Origin: a virus
Virus record (IMG/VR): IMGVR_UViG_3300029349_000001
Coordinates: 64,001-128,000 of that record
Strand: one strand, 5' to 3'
DNA: 64,000 nucleotides
The translations under genes and the position numbers were made by a program. Each line of letters begins with the position of its first letter. Within the stretch, counting starts at the first letter, position 1. The notes under the pieces were generated by a model. The model saw only the letters and a program-made list of their open reading frames with translations. It did no database searches and had not been told where the DNA came from. Positions 1-10,900 of this stretch are shown piece after piece.

Positions 1-1767
1 ATTAGACCAGATATTACTCCGCCGCCTACCAGCGGTATTCTAACCGTGATGAATGCTATCAGTGGACTGCAAGCGTTATTTACTAAATGTTCTACTGGTC
101 ATCTAATTATTAAGTGCGACAACACCGACATGCTTAATGTATCTGGTGTTATGGTTAAGGATATGTCTTTTAATAAATCCGAGGATAATTGGGTATATAG
201 TGCAGATTATAATATAACCATGGAATATTATGAACCAGGACAAGCGGGTGGCTTTGCTGTACAAAATACTAGCGATTCTTGGTCAATAGAACCATTAGAA
301 GACTATGTATATAGTTCTTTTACTACGTTGGTTAACACCAAACCAGAAACCCATAATCCTCAATTAAAACCCAATCCTATTCCGGGAGGATCGTCTACTG
401 GTGGAGGTTCCAATTTAGGTGGTGCTGCTGGGTCCACTACACTCAAAATTATAAACGTTCCACAATATAGAATATCTAGAAGGTTATCCGCTGTTGGGCT
501 ACCGGTTTCATCAGCAGTATCATCTGCAACAGCGCCTTGTGTTAGCGGGGCTGGTAACAGAGCATATGCAGAAGCTCGTAAATGGGTGGAATCAAGACTC
601 GAATATACCTTCGAAGGCACTAAGGTTAATAACAATACATCCGGATCTAGTGGTCTAGCTCATGTTATGGTGAGCCCAAGTATCGGTAATTTTAAAGACA
701 CATTTTTATATAATCATATTCGTAGTATAAACTTTAGTGTTACAGATGGATCTTATGAAGTTAATGATACATGGCTTGCTATGCCAACTGGTATTAAGTA
801 TGTAGAAGACTATAGTATTGAAGCTTCGACAGACGAGAAATATGTTAAGACCGTAAGAGTTCAAGGAAATATTAAAGGTCTTTATATGTCGTCTTTTGAG
901 GTGATGAAAGGCAGTGGTGGAGCCGGATTGCCGCCAACAGGAGCCGGATATCTTAATATTGTTCCCAACTCTGGAAGATTAACAGGATCACTACCAGGAG
1001 CCGGTAATATACTCGATCTTGATAATACAGCAGGGTCTCAACCTACTTTTTACAGCAATCCTTATCAGAACGCAAGTAGTGGGTGGATTTTTGATATTAA
1101 GCCATATGTTTATCGTAGAGCTTCATTAGCAGTATATAATAATATTCACGACAGAAATCAGAACTACGTATCTCCAGCTACCAATCCGCCACCACCCCCA
1201 AACAATCCAATGTACTGCCATGAGTCATTACTAAATGCTATTCCTGTAAGTACAACAGAAGGACACGACCCAAGAAAAGGCACAATAAGCTATAGCTATG
1301 AATTCAATAATAAGTTTAATTTAATTACTGGAGTAATATCAGAAAATATTACCCTTAATGAAACTGGTCCAACAGACGTATTTAGTGAAGCATTTGTAAT
1401 AGGTCGTCAACTTGGGCCAGTTATTCAATCACTAGGCACAAAAACCTCCACAAGAAAAGATCTCACAATAGAAGTTGTGGTAGTTCCTCCGTCGTCAATC
1501 GAAGGTCTAATAATGACCAATAACCAGTGTCCATTGTGGACAGGCGGTTCGGTGTATAGTCGTATACAAGGAATAGTTGATGGATTAAAACCATTTGGTG
1601 CTAGAAGTAACACCTATTTTGGTAATTTGCAAAGAGGTCAGCTACCAGGACAAGTATATTTATCTCAGGACAATCATTCATGGAATCCAACAGAAGGAAG
1701 ATATTCTAGGTCTGTTAGTTGGGTATATCAACAATGCTCAACCGATAAGTTTTATCTAGATCACTAA
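1..1767 (+). CDS. Putative virion structural protein (probably 5'-partial)
   Basis: ORF 46..1767; the frame is open back to base 1. S/T/G/N-rich, first of a run of giant co-oriented ORFs. No recognisable catalytic motif. Confidence 0.6.
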   Translation: MRPDITPPPTSGILTVMNAISGLQALFTKCSTGHLIIKCDNTDMLNVSGVMVKDMSFNKSEDNWVYSADYNITMEYYEPGQAGGFAVQNTSDSWSIEPLEDYVYSSFTTLVNTKPETHNPQLKPNPIPGGSSTGGGSNLGGAAGSTTLKIINVPQYRISRRLSAVGLPVSSAVSSATAPCVSGAGNRAYAEARKWVESRLEYTFEGTKVNNNTSGSSGLAHVMVSPSIGNFKDTFLYNHIRSINFSVTDGSYEVNDTWLAMPTGIKYVEDYSIEASTDEKYVKTVRVQGNIKGLYMSSFEVMKGSGGAGLPPTGAGYLNIVPNSGRLTGSLPGAGNILDLDNTAGSQPTFYSNPYQNASSGWIFDIKPYVYRRASLAVYNNIHDRNQNYVSPATNPPPPPNNPMYCHESLLNAIPVSTTEGHDPRKGTISYSYEFNNKFNLITGVISENITLNETGPTDVFSEAFVIGRQLGPVIQSLGTKTSTRKDLTIEVVVVPPSSIEGLIMTNNQCPLWTGGSVYSRIQGIVDGLKPFGARSNTYFGNLQRGQLPGQVYLSQDNHSWNPTEGRYSRSVSWVYQQCSTDKFYLDH

Positions 1768-1769
1768 TT

Positions 1770-4700
1770 ATGGCCACATCATGCACAAGCAATAAAACAA
1801 TTATACCAGCTCAGACACTATTTTTGGGAGCTAGTGTTGCGGATTTTAGTTTAAATATGGGTTGGGGAGGACAAGCTTCTCAACTTAGTGTCACACTGGT
1901 GGAAGACGGTAATCCGTTTATGTGTAGAAATCCTCTTGGAAGTTCTGGAGGTAGTTTGGTTGATCCTATTGTTGTAAATGGTGGTTCGTTTGATGCCGAT
2001 AACCACTACCATACCTGTAATAGCGATACCTCATGTTATATGGACGAGAAAGGAATGACGTTTGATCCTAATAGAAATCCTCCTTCTCAAGAAAGAATTG
2101 TTCCAGGAAAGGTATACTATGCTTGGACTGGTAATGGCTTTGTTTCTAGATATTGGAGACATCAAGATCCAGGATTTTTTGGAAATAAAAGCTCTATAGC
2201 TATCGATGGTACCTATGATGTTAATTCTTATAATAACTCTAAAGGCTTTGATATTATCAATACGCCAGTATTTTTTAAAATAGGAGAGTTCAGTTTTAGC
2301 GGTATTGTTCAGTCGTGGGAGAAAGACGCTGGTAGTGGAGGATTGACTTACAGAGTTAATATCGAGAGTATAGATTCTCTTTTAAGCAATTCTTATATGA
2401 TATTAGGAGGATATGCGGGTTCGGTATTTTCAAAACTAAACGGTGCTATATATGGAGGTCCTAAAAATTATACCGGATCAGGATTAACATATAATGGTAA
2501 AATAGTAGAAGGAAATTTAGCTAATGTATTTAATGTTTATGGTTTTTTGGAGTCTATGGGCTTTGAAGGTTTTGGTGCTTCTTATAGAAATGAGAACGGA
2601 ATTAGTGCAAAGTCTGTTATAGACGCACTTTCTGTTTTAACCTCCTCTGATTCCACAGGAACGGACCCTGCTTTTGCTTTAGTGCAAGAACAGAAGAAAG
2701 CATTTTCTCCATTTGGACGTATAATTCTTAAAACAGCACAAGAAAATGATACCTATACCAGAATGAGTCCTTCTCATGCATATAGTATGGGTTTGATACC
2801 TCCTACTCTTGATCTTGATGGAATTGAACGATGTCATTTTACATTAGATTTATCAGAAATGCCGATTCCTCCTAATGACTATCGTATTACAGACAATGTA
2901 TTAAGTATTATGGATTTTATATCTAATGTATGCGAGGCAACTGGAGTTGACTTTTATTTTGATATGTTGGTAGTACCATATAATAATAAGCCTTTGAATA
3001 TGATTAAAGTTAGAACGGTTAATAGAAGAGTACAACCAGAGCCAAGACAAATAGAAAGAACTATAAGAAACTTTGCAGATAATGGATTCCCTATGTCTGC
3101 CGCTAATATAGGAAAAGAAAAAAGCGATAGTTCTCCAAGAGTTCTCTATATTGGAGGAAAGCAGCAAAGGCTCTATCAAGCAAAAAGTTATAGGCTGGGC
3201 TTTGCTAGAGCTAATTATGTATGGAATCCTGTTAGTAAAACATTCGTAGATTTTACATCTTATGATTTTGGTAAAATCAGAACTCCTTGTGGTTTTTCTA
3301 CTCGTAATACCACTTTGTCTACAAATATTAATGGGGCAGATTTTACTGATTTATTTGATACAGATGAGACTATCAAGCAAAACATAACAGGGCTGGCTTT
3401 TGATGCTAACGACACAGACTGGGCCGACCCTAACCTATCTGGCAATGCTTTGTCTGGTAATTATGGAAAAACCAAATCTGTCAAAAGACAATCTACTAGC
3501 ACATTCAATAGATTCTTTCCACTATTTCAAGATGTAATATGTCCATTTTTTGGTTTCCAAATGAGTGAAACCATACCTCCCAACACCTCTACTACAGAAA
3601 ATAATGATTTTAGAATAGTCAGGCCCGTTTATCTAGATACATGGACCGGTCAGATAGTGTTTGTTATTAGTATGTCCGACCTACCAACGAACCTCAATGT
3701 GCCATTAACTTCTCTATACAACAAGAATCAGTTAATTATTACCGAAACAGAGATGCGTGCTGCTATGGAAGGTATTGATTCTTATATGACCTATGGACTA
3801 GGAAAGATATTTAAACCAGATTTGATACTAATGCTAGCACAGGCTTATGCCAGTAGAGGTGTGGCAATGACGGGGGTTGGTGAGGAGAATGAGGGGTTTT
3901 TAAAATTTCCTAGTTTATCTCAAGCCTTTAATATCAGTAATGAGGTCGGTGCTCCGGGAGCAGCAACTCCACAACCAACTAGTAACGATATCAATTTTGA
4001 TTTATTCTTAAATCCTAATTTAGTCAAAGATCTAAATACACTAGTTGGATTCATACAGGATATTGGTAATACTTATTATGGCAAGCAGTATCTTGTCAGA
4101 GTTCCAGAATTAGCGGCATATAGAGATTACCAGTACAGCAATTTTCAGATACCTGTTGGAGATCAAACCATTTCTGTTTTTAAGGGAAGTGGTAAAATAC
4201 AATATAATTATGAACCCATTAATGAAGGAGCATGGGAAGAGCCGGGCAATGTTATAGATGACAGTATTCTGGTTGGTAGTCCAAAATATTATATGCTTTG
4301 TGAGGAAGATGGGCGAATCGGCCCAGTCCTAGGATATAATGCTTCTGATTCTTTTGATTATGTGTCTAGGGCTCTTTGTGGACTAAGCGTAATAGCACAA
4401 GCAGCATATTACGAACAAGGATATTCAGTATCTACTCCTGGTGGAGACAGATGGCGAAACGGTGCTTTGAGATATGATATGAAAGTGTTGGTAGACGCGG
4501 CTCGTGCTGGCGCATGTAACGATAATAAGTTTTATTTCTTGTCTTTGGATCTAAGCTCTATTAGCTCTGATGAATATGTGGTGGTTGATTCTCCGGTTGC
4601 TTTGCGTGGACCTTACGATGCTAGTGTTGGTGCTTTTGGTCCAGCGATTAATCCCATAGAAAAATCTAAAAAACTATATACCAAAGCATCTGTTCATGAG

Positions 4701-7700
4701 GATATTATATATTTAAAGCCTAGAACAATGGAGGAGCCTAGGGTTTTAGTTACCACATCCAATGGATTAAGTTTGGCCACCACGAGTTATTCGTATCAGA
4801 CAGACCCCAACAGGACAGTAATATCTAATATAGCCATAGAGGATTTACTATTATATCTAAAGTCTGTGCCTAATGGTAGCTATGATAATAATTTTATTAG
4901 ATTTATGGCTCATTATATGAGTCCCATAATTGGTAGCGCAACACTACTTGTCAACGGATATACTTCATCAAATAGTGTTCAGCACGCTATGCTGGCGCCA
5001 AAAGCGGCACATCCGTATTTTGCAGGTATCCCCGTTAGATCTAATCAACATACCTATGGCCCATGGACTAATTATCCAGAACTTATTAAGAATAATATAT
5101 TTCCAGGCATAGAGGATGATGCAGCTTCTCGTGCAGTAGAAAATTTGATTGGAGGCGTAAAAGTAGAAGTACAAGAAGAGTACGTTCCATGGAACTATGG
5201 TAGCGTATCTCTCCTAGATAGTGTTGTCCTTGGAGAAATTCAAGCAAATAGTAGTTATCAGCAAATTACGGAAACGGCTAGAATAGATACAATAGGACTA
5301 CCTATTCTGGGTCTTGGATCTCCGTTTGTATATAGTAACTCCACACCAGCACAAGGATCGATTATCATAAATAACCAAGTATTTACTCCAAGAGTAGTTA
5401 ACCTACCATATGTACAAAAAAGATATCAAGCCAACTCCAATCCGCTAGAAAATATACCGATTATCGGTGAACTAGTAGTTGCTCCGAATATTCCGTCTAG
5501 ATCCGAAACTACCACTAATTTATCTTATAATATTATAGTATTAGATGCCGCCTATGCCAATTCTTTAGCTCCTATCGTTAGCAACATACAGTGCAGCATT
5601 AGTCCTCAACAAGTTCGGACCACATATAATTTTAGAACCCACACTAGAAAACTAGGATTATTTAACAAAGAAAATGCTGACAGGATCAAAAAATTCGCCA
5701 TGTCGAATATTAAGAGAAACAAAGAGCTTGCTACACAGACCAATAAACTGACAAATAAAATCAACAAAGAAACTCAAGGAAGACTCAATAGCATCAAAAA
5801 TAGTGGTGGTTCTTATGGATCCAAAAATTTAAGATCTGGCCTATATGGAACTAGTCCTACAGAAGTTATATGTGGTAGAGCTTATTCGTTTTTAAGCATA
5901 CCTGGTGTTACGAGAAAAGGTCTGCAAACTTTGCGAGATCAAATGAAGTCCAATAAACAAAGACCCGGATCTAATCCGTCTTCTACCGACACAGCTTCAG
6001 TAGATCCTTACAGTCTTTCTATGTCATATGGAAAAGATCCTGGAGACAATAGCGCAGAGGCGGGATTATATTCTTCTACTGATAATTCGATTAAAGAATT
6101 TGCAGATACTACAAATCCAGCCAGGACCTCTATTAGAAATAGCAGATGGTCAACATTCGTGGGACTATATGAATCAAGAGAAGCACCAGCGGACTTATTA
6201 CCAGAATATGCACAAAAATCAGCTATGAGTTTAGATGGAATTTTTTCTCCAGTGTCATTCTATCCGACTAAATTTTATAGCACTTATCCACTTCAAAAAT
6301 ATCAGAGACACCAGTGTCCATATTGTGATAATACGGGCATAATCAAAGATCAGGCATATGCGAATGCTGGCACAATAAGTACGGTTTCATACCAGTGCCC
6401 ATATTGTGTAAGTAAAAAAGATGGACTGTCCACTACCGCTACAACAACAGCATCGGCACAGTCTTTAGAAATACTACCTCCATATATAGTTACGAATAGA
6501 AAAGATATTAATATCATAACAGAATTTGGTTCCTCATCCTCTGTTAGTAGTGCTTCTAGCACTAGTAGCTCAAGTAGTAGTGGTGGAAGCGGACAGGAAA
6601 TAGCAATTAATCTTGTGAGCCTACAACCTATAGTGGTTCCGTATGGTGAGTTCAGAAACTATAACGCTGGAGAAAAAGACAAATGTAGACATAGTATTGA
6701 GGTTATAGCCCATGGAGAAACTCCTCCACAAAAGGGATGGAGTATAAATACTCGTTGTAATTTAGGTAAATTTATTAAATCTGACGGCAATATGCAGCAA
6801 AATAGCGAACTGGGAACAGGATACAATGCCGACTATTTTCATAAAGACTTATTGAATGCAGACAATAAAAATAAGTTAAATAATCAAAGGTTTTTTGGTC
6901 TTAGGGGTCCTATAGTATATCATGCTTGGGGGTATGATCTGGAAGGATTCCCAGTGCCAAATGCTGCTGATGAACCAAAGCTAGTGGATGAACACGGAAA
7001 TCCGAAACGTTTTATTCTAAAAGCAACGGTTGAGAGCACCGCTTCTGTAAAATTTAAAGAACTAAAAAACAAGGAAATGTTTGTATTAGCAGATGAATAT
7101 GTTGCTTCGGTCCCGTTGTGGAAACAAAACTACTACTATAAAGTGCCTAATATGTCTGTTACTAAAAGCAATAATACTATAGTTAAAATGACAGATGATA
7201 CCAACGTATACAAATGTAAACTAGAAAATAATATGGAGCACTATGGCTCTTTCACAGACGATGGTGGCGCAGTTGGCTTGGGCGACATTATCAGCAAAAC
7301 ACAAAACTGGGAAAATAATAAGTGGACAGAAAAGAAAAAACTTAAAGAATTTTATAGAAACTGGGCAGAACATCCAAATCTATGGAAAGTTGGACCGATA
7401 GATCTAAGATGGGACGAGAATCGTCAAGTATGGACAACCAAATCTTCTGACGCCATGACTATTTATAAAATGGTTTATGTAACACTAGAAGAAGACCTTA
7501 CAAAGTCTCAGGATTACGACGAAACACATCCAGCAAGAGGATTCTTAGATGATCTAGAATACTCATCTGAAAAACTCCCAGCCAATTCTAGAAGATTGGT
7601 GTTTGTGAAGGATAGGGGCGGATATACCGCTCCTAGAGGCGCCAAATTATTATGTCGTTATGATAAAGATAGTGGCTTTTATGAACCTGTAAGTAAGCAA

Positions 7701-7907
7701 ACATTCGTAGTAGGAGGTATCGTTGGTTCCGGCAATTCTGCTACCATAGAGATGTCATATATTCAAGGACGCAAAAAAAGTGAGGTTGTACCCACATCAA
7801 GTATAACTTTCGAAGATCCGTTCGGTTTTTCTCCTAGAACTGGACAGAAAGGATTATTTACATTTATTAACGGCTTATGGACACTAACTGCCGCTAAACC
7901 AGCATAG
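1770..7907 (+). CDS. Giant (2045 aa) putative tail/baseplate protein
   Basis: Long ORF tightly packed with its neighbours; beta-rich composition; internal CPYCDNTG...CPYC zinc-finger-like insert. Structural role is inferred. Confidence 0.6.
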   Translation: MATSCTSNKTIIPAQTLFLGASVADFSLNMGWGGQASQLSVTLVEDGNPFMCRNPLGSSGGSLVDPIVVNGGSFDADNHYHTCNSDTSCYMDEKGMTFDPNRNPPSQERIVPGKVYYAWTGNGFVSRYWRHQDPGFFGNKSSIAIDGTYDVNSYNNSKGFDIINTPVFFKIGEFSFSGIVQSWEKDAGSGGLTYRVNIESIDSLLSNSYMILGGYAGSVFSKLNGAIYGGPKNYTGSGLTYNGKIVEGNLANVFNVYGFLESMGFEGFGASYRNENGISAKSVIDALSVLTSSDSTGTDPAFALVQEQKKAFSPFGRIILKTAQENDTYTRMSPSHAYSMGLIPPTLDLDGIERCHFTLDLSEMPIPPNDYRITDNVLSIMDFISNVCEATGVDFYFDMLVVPYNNKPLNMIKVRTVNRRVQPEPRQIERTIRNFADNGFPMSAANIGKEKSDSSPRVLYIGGKQQRLYQAKSYRLGFARANYVWNPVSKTFVDFTSYDFGKIRTPCGFSTRNTTLSTNINGADFTDLFDTDETIKQNITGLAFDANDTDWADPNLSGNALSGNYGKTKSVKRQSTSTFNRFFPLFQDVICPFFGFQMSETIPPNTSTTENNDFRIVRPVYLDTWTGQIVFVISMSDLPTNLNVPLTSLYNKNQLIITETEMRAAMEGIDSYMTYGLGKIFKPDLILMLAQAYASRGVAMTGVGEENEGFLKFPSLSQAFNISNEVGAPGAATPQPTSNDINFDLFLNPNLVKDLNTLVGFIQDIGNTYYGKQYLVRVPELAAYRDYQYSNFQIPVGDQTISVFKGSGKIQYNYEPINEGAWEEPGNVIDDSILVGSPKYYMLCEEDGRIGPVLGYNASDSFDYVSRALCGLSVIAQAAYYEQGYSVSTPGGDRWRNGALRYDMKVLVDAARAGACNDNKFYFLSLDLSSISSDEYVVVDSPVALRGPYDASVGAFGPAINPIEKSKKLYTKASVHEDIIYLKPRTMEEPRVLVTTSNGLSLATTSYSYQTDPNRTVISNIAIEDLLLYLKSVPNGSYDNNFIRFMAHYMSPIIGSATLLVNGYTSSNSVQHAMLAPKAAHPYFAGIPVRSNQHTYGPWTNYPELIKNNIFPGIEDDAASRAVENLIGGVKVEVQEEYVPWNYGSVSLLDSVVLGEIQANSSYQQITETARIDTIGLPILGLGSPFVYSNSTPAQGSIIINNQVFTPRVVNLPYVQKRYQANSNPLENIPIIGELVVAPNIPSRSETTTNLSYNIIVLDAAYANSLAPIVSNIQCSISPQQVRTTYNFRTHTRKLGLFNKENADRIKKFAMSNIKRNKELATQTNKLTNKINKETQGRLNSIKNSGGSYGSKNLRSGLYGTSPTEVICGRAYSFLSIPGVTRKGLQTLRDQMKSNKQRPGSNPSSTDTASVDPYSLSMSYGKDPGDNSAEAGLYSSTDNSIKEFADTTNPARTSIRNSRWSTFVGLYESREAPADLLPEYAQKSAMSLDGIFSPVSFYPTKFYSTYPLQKYQRHQCPYCDNTGIIKDQAYANAGTISTVSYQCPYCVSKKDGLSTTATTTASAQSLEILPPYIVTNRKDINIITEFGSSSSVSSASSTSSSSSSGGSGQEIAINLVSLQPIVVPYGEFRNYNAGEKDKCRHSIEVIAHGETPPQKGWSINTRCNLGKFIKSDGNMQQNSELGTGYNADYFHKDLLNADNKNKLNNQRFFGLRGPIVYHAWGYDLEGFPVPNAADEPKLVDEHGNPKRFILKATVESTASVKFKELKNKEMFVLADEYVASVPLWKQNYYYKVPNMSVTKSNNTIVKMTDDTNVYKCKLENNMEHYGSFTDDGGAVGLGDIISKTQNWENNKWTEKKKLKEFYRNWAEHPNLWKVGPIDLRWDENRQVWTTKSSDAMTIYKMVYVTLEEDLTKSQDYDETHPARGFLDDLEYSSEKLPANSRRLVFVKDRGGYTAPRGAKLLCRYDKDSGFYEPVSKQTFVVGGIVGSGNSATIEMSYIQGRKKSEVVPTSSITFEDPFGFSPRTGQKGLFTFINGLWTLTAAKPA

Positions 7908-7911
7908 ACAT

Positions 7912-10900
7912 ATGTATCCTATTAATACCAAAAACAACTGCACTATTTACAGTAATTCTTTTTTGAATGATTTAGACGATCATGCAATAGAAGATATATT
8001 GTTAGACACTAGGTTGCAATCTGGAGGAACTGAGGGAAATAATTCAGAATATGGCGCTAGACTGAAGTACAAATTGCAATCAGAAACATCCAGTATTGTC
8101 TGCAAAATAACAGATATGCGTAGTTTACTGACTACCTATACTCCATCAACTTCTCCTAATTATAATTGGCTACCAGCAATTATTAATCATGATAATTATA
8201 TACAAAATAAAGAGATATTAGCTGGCACTGTAATTGGCAACAAGGTTTTGGGTATAGAAAACTTTATTAAAATTCAAAATCCAAAATTCAAAAATTGGTC
8301 TATATTAGATGATGGTAATTCTCCCAACACAGATGGTTCCTCTATATCCATAGATTGGGTTATCAATTCAAATCTAACCTCTATAGAACCGGAATATGGT
8401 GTTTTGTATTGGTATAAAAAAAACGAACCAACAGCAACTAATACTACACAATACCCAATAGACAAGCTGCCCTCACGAACTATTGTCTCGCCAGTTAGCA
8501 ACATTGTGAGCAATGATACCAATAGTACTGTTTTGGCAACACCCCAAGATAAACTTATTAAGATAGATAATAATATATTAAAATTTGTAGATAAAAGTCC
8601 AGTATCTTGGAATTCTGGTACTGATCCAGTTTTTGATTATGGAACAAAAGACAATCAAAATTTATCTAAGTCTACTATTGATATATCTGGAGCTAGAAAT
8701 AATGCCGCTATTAGATTTTATGCTATAAATAGTCAAAATTTTCTAAACAATCAACAAAACTTACTATTTCCAGATTATCAAATTTGGATAGCAGACGGAG
8801 AATTTTATAGCTATTTTAATAGCGCCAGAGAAAAACATGATTTTCAAACGCATAGACCAACTAAATGGCCATCTAGATCGTATATATCTCCGGGGATGTA
8901 TCATGTATATAGGGCTATTTATAATGCTCTAACTGTTGATCGCGTCAAAAGTTTAACAACGATAGGCACAGTATGCTATGCGGAAAAATTAAGGAAATTA
9001 TGTTGCATACTAGCTACTAGTCCTTTGATTGATAGAGTAACTATAAATTGTTTGTATAATGCTAGTATTAAAGATCAAGTTAATACTTATCTAAATGCTC
9101 CAGCTTCTAGCTCAACTAATGAAGAGGTAAGAGCGCTACTGGATATTATAAATGTGATCACTAAAGAGTTAAGTAATCTAACGGATAAAATAGAAAATCA
9201 AACCAATAATAATAATTATATACGCACTCCATCACAGCTATACAAAAAACTTAAGTCTAAATATTCTGCTAATTTACGGATAGAACCTCAACAAATCAAA
9301 AAGATCAAATTTAATAAAACTCTGCCCAATGGCGCCCACGCATACTTTGATTTGAATCACAAAACCTTCTGTCCCAAAAATACAAGACCATCCACAGAGA
9401 GATTTCCTTCTTATATTTATAATAAATTTGAATATACAGTAGGTGATATTGTTATTAAGAATAGTTTAGACATTAACAACAATAAACTTAAATCTCAGTC
9501 ATTACGGGTTTTTTCAAATGCTGATGACACAACTATTCGTAAAGATGTTCCGTGGGATATTACCAGATTGGCCACTAATGAAAAAATAAGACTAAATTTA
9601 GGTCCAGACATAGTTTTGCCATTTACGCCAGACAACGGAGAAATGATACTAAGCTACGACTTAGACTTATTGGGGGATTTAGACTGTTTTTGGCAGTTAG
9701 TGGATGGACCGGAGTGTTTTAGATTTAGTCATTTTGCAAAAAACGGACGAATAGACTTTATAAAGCGAAATAAAATTTCAACAGATTCTCGACCTAACTT
9801 TTATGTAAAAAAACCTGGAGTATACACGGTAAGATGTCAAATTACTAAATCCTCTACTTTAAAAGCATCCGACACTATAAGACTTTATATTGGCGTACCG
9901 AATCCGGACGTACCTCCTAGAACAGCAGCAGACAATACTGATACTGTTACGAATAAATATAATCCTCTATGTTCTAATCTTAGGCAATTTGCCGTTAATA
10001 AATATGGATTATTCTGGGTTATTGATAGTGATGTTTATACAATAGCGCAATCTAATCGACAGATTATCACAGATACCACAGCCTCTGAAAGATTATTAAA
10101 TCAAAAACTTGGTCTGGATTTTGAACCACAAGTAGTAAGAAATGCGGATGTTGTTTTTAAATTCGAAACATTGACCACTACAGTTAAGTTACATTCTGTT
10201 ACTATAGAAAACATGAGAGATTCTTTAGATTCAACCAGCCAATGTAAAAGCTTTTATCAAGATAAATTGGTTAGACAAAGAGATACTAGGATTACAAATA
10301 TTAACACATTCGTTGCTAGATATATCAGACAAGACCGAGGCGGAGATATATTAACTTTTTATGGTAGAGGTTATGACAATGACGGCAGAGAGGTTAGATT
10401 CAGTGAAGAATTTAGCTTCCCCTATCTGTCCACAGTATTGGCACCAGGGATAAGGTCTTATGGCGGCTATTCTAATAATGTAGTTAATACTATTGGTGTA
10501 GAAATTCCATTTCATCCAGTATATGAAGGTTCTTCTTCCAGAACGTTATCTCTTTATAAATTACCAAATGGTAATTGGGGTGGAGGATCCGATGTTAATC
10601 CGATAATGGCTAAAAAGCCTTATATAATGCCACGAATGATTGACAGAAACAACATGAGTGACAATAATCCCAATACTACACTTAAATGTAGTATGATGGA
10701 TATTCCTGTCAGCGGATATACAACACTAAATAAAGGGTTTTTTCATCCTAATTCTGGATGGTTTCCCGGCAGTACTAGTCAGACCTATCCTTCTGTGTTA
10801 CAAAATATAGGTGATAGTGCCTATAGTTCTTTATCTTCTCATGGCAAGAATATCACATCTGTACACAGATATAAAGTATATAGATATAAATCTTACTATT

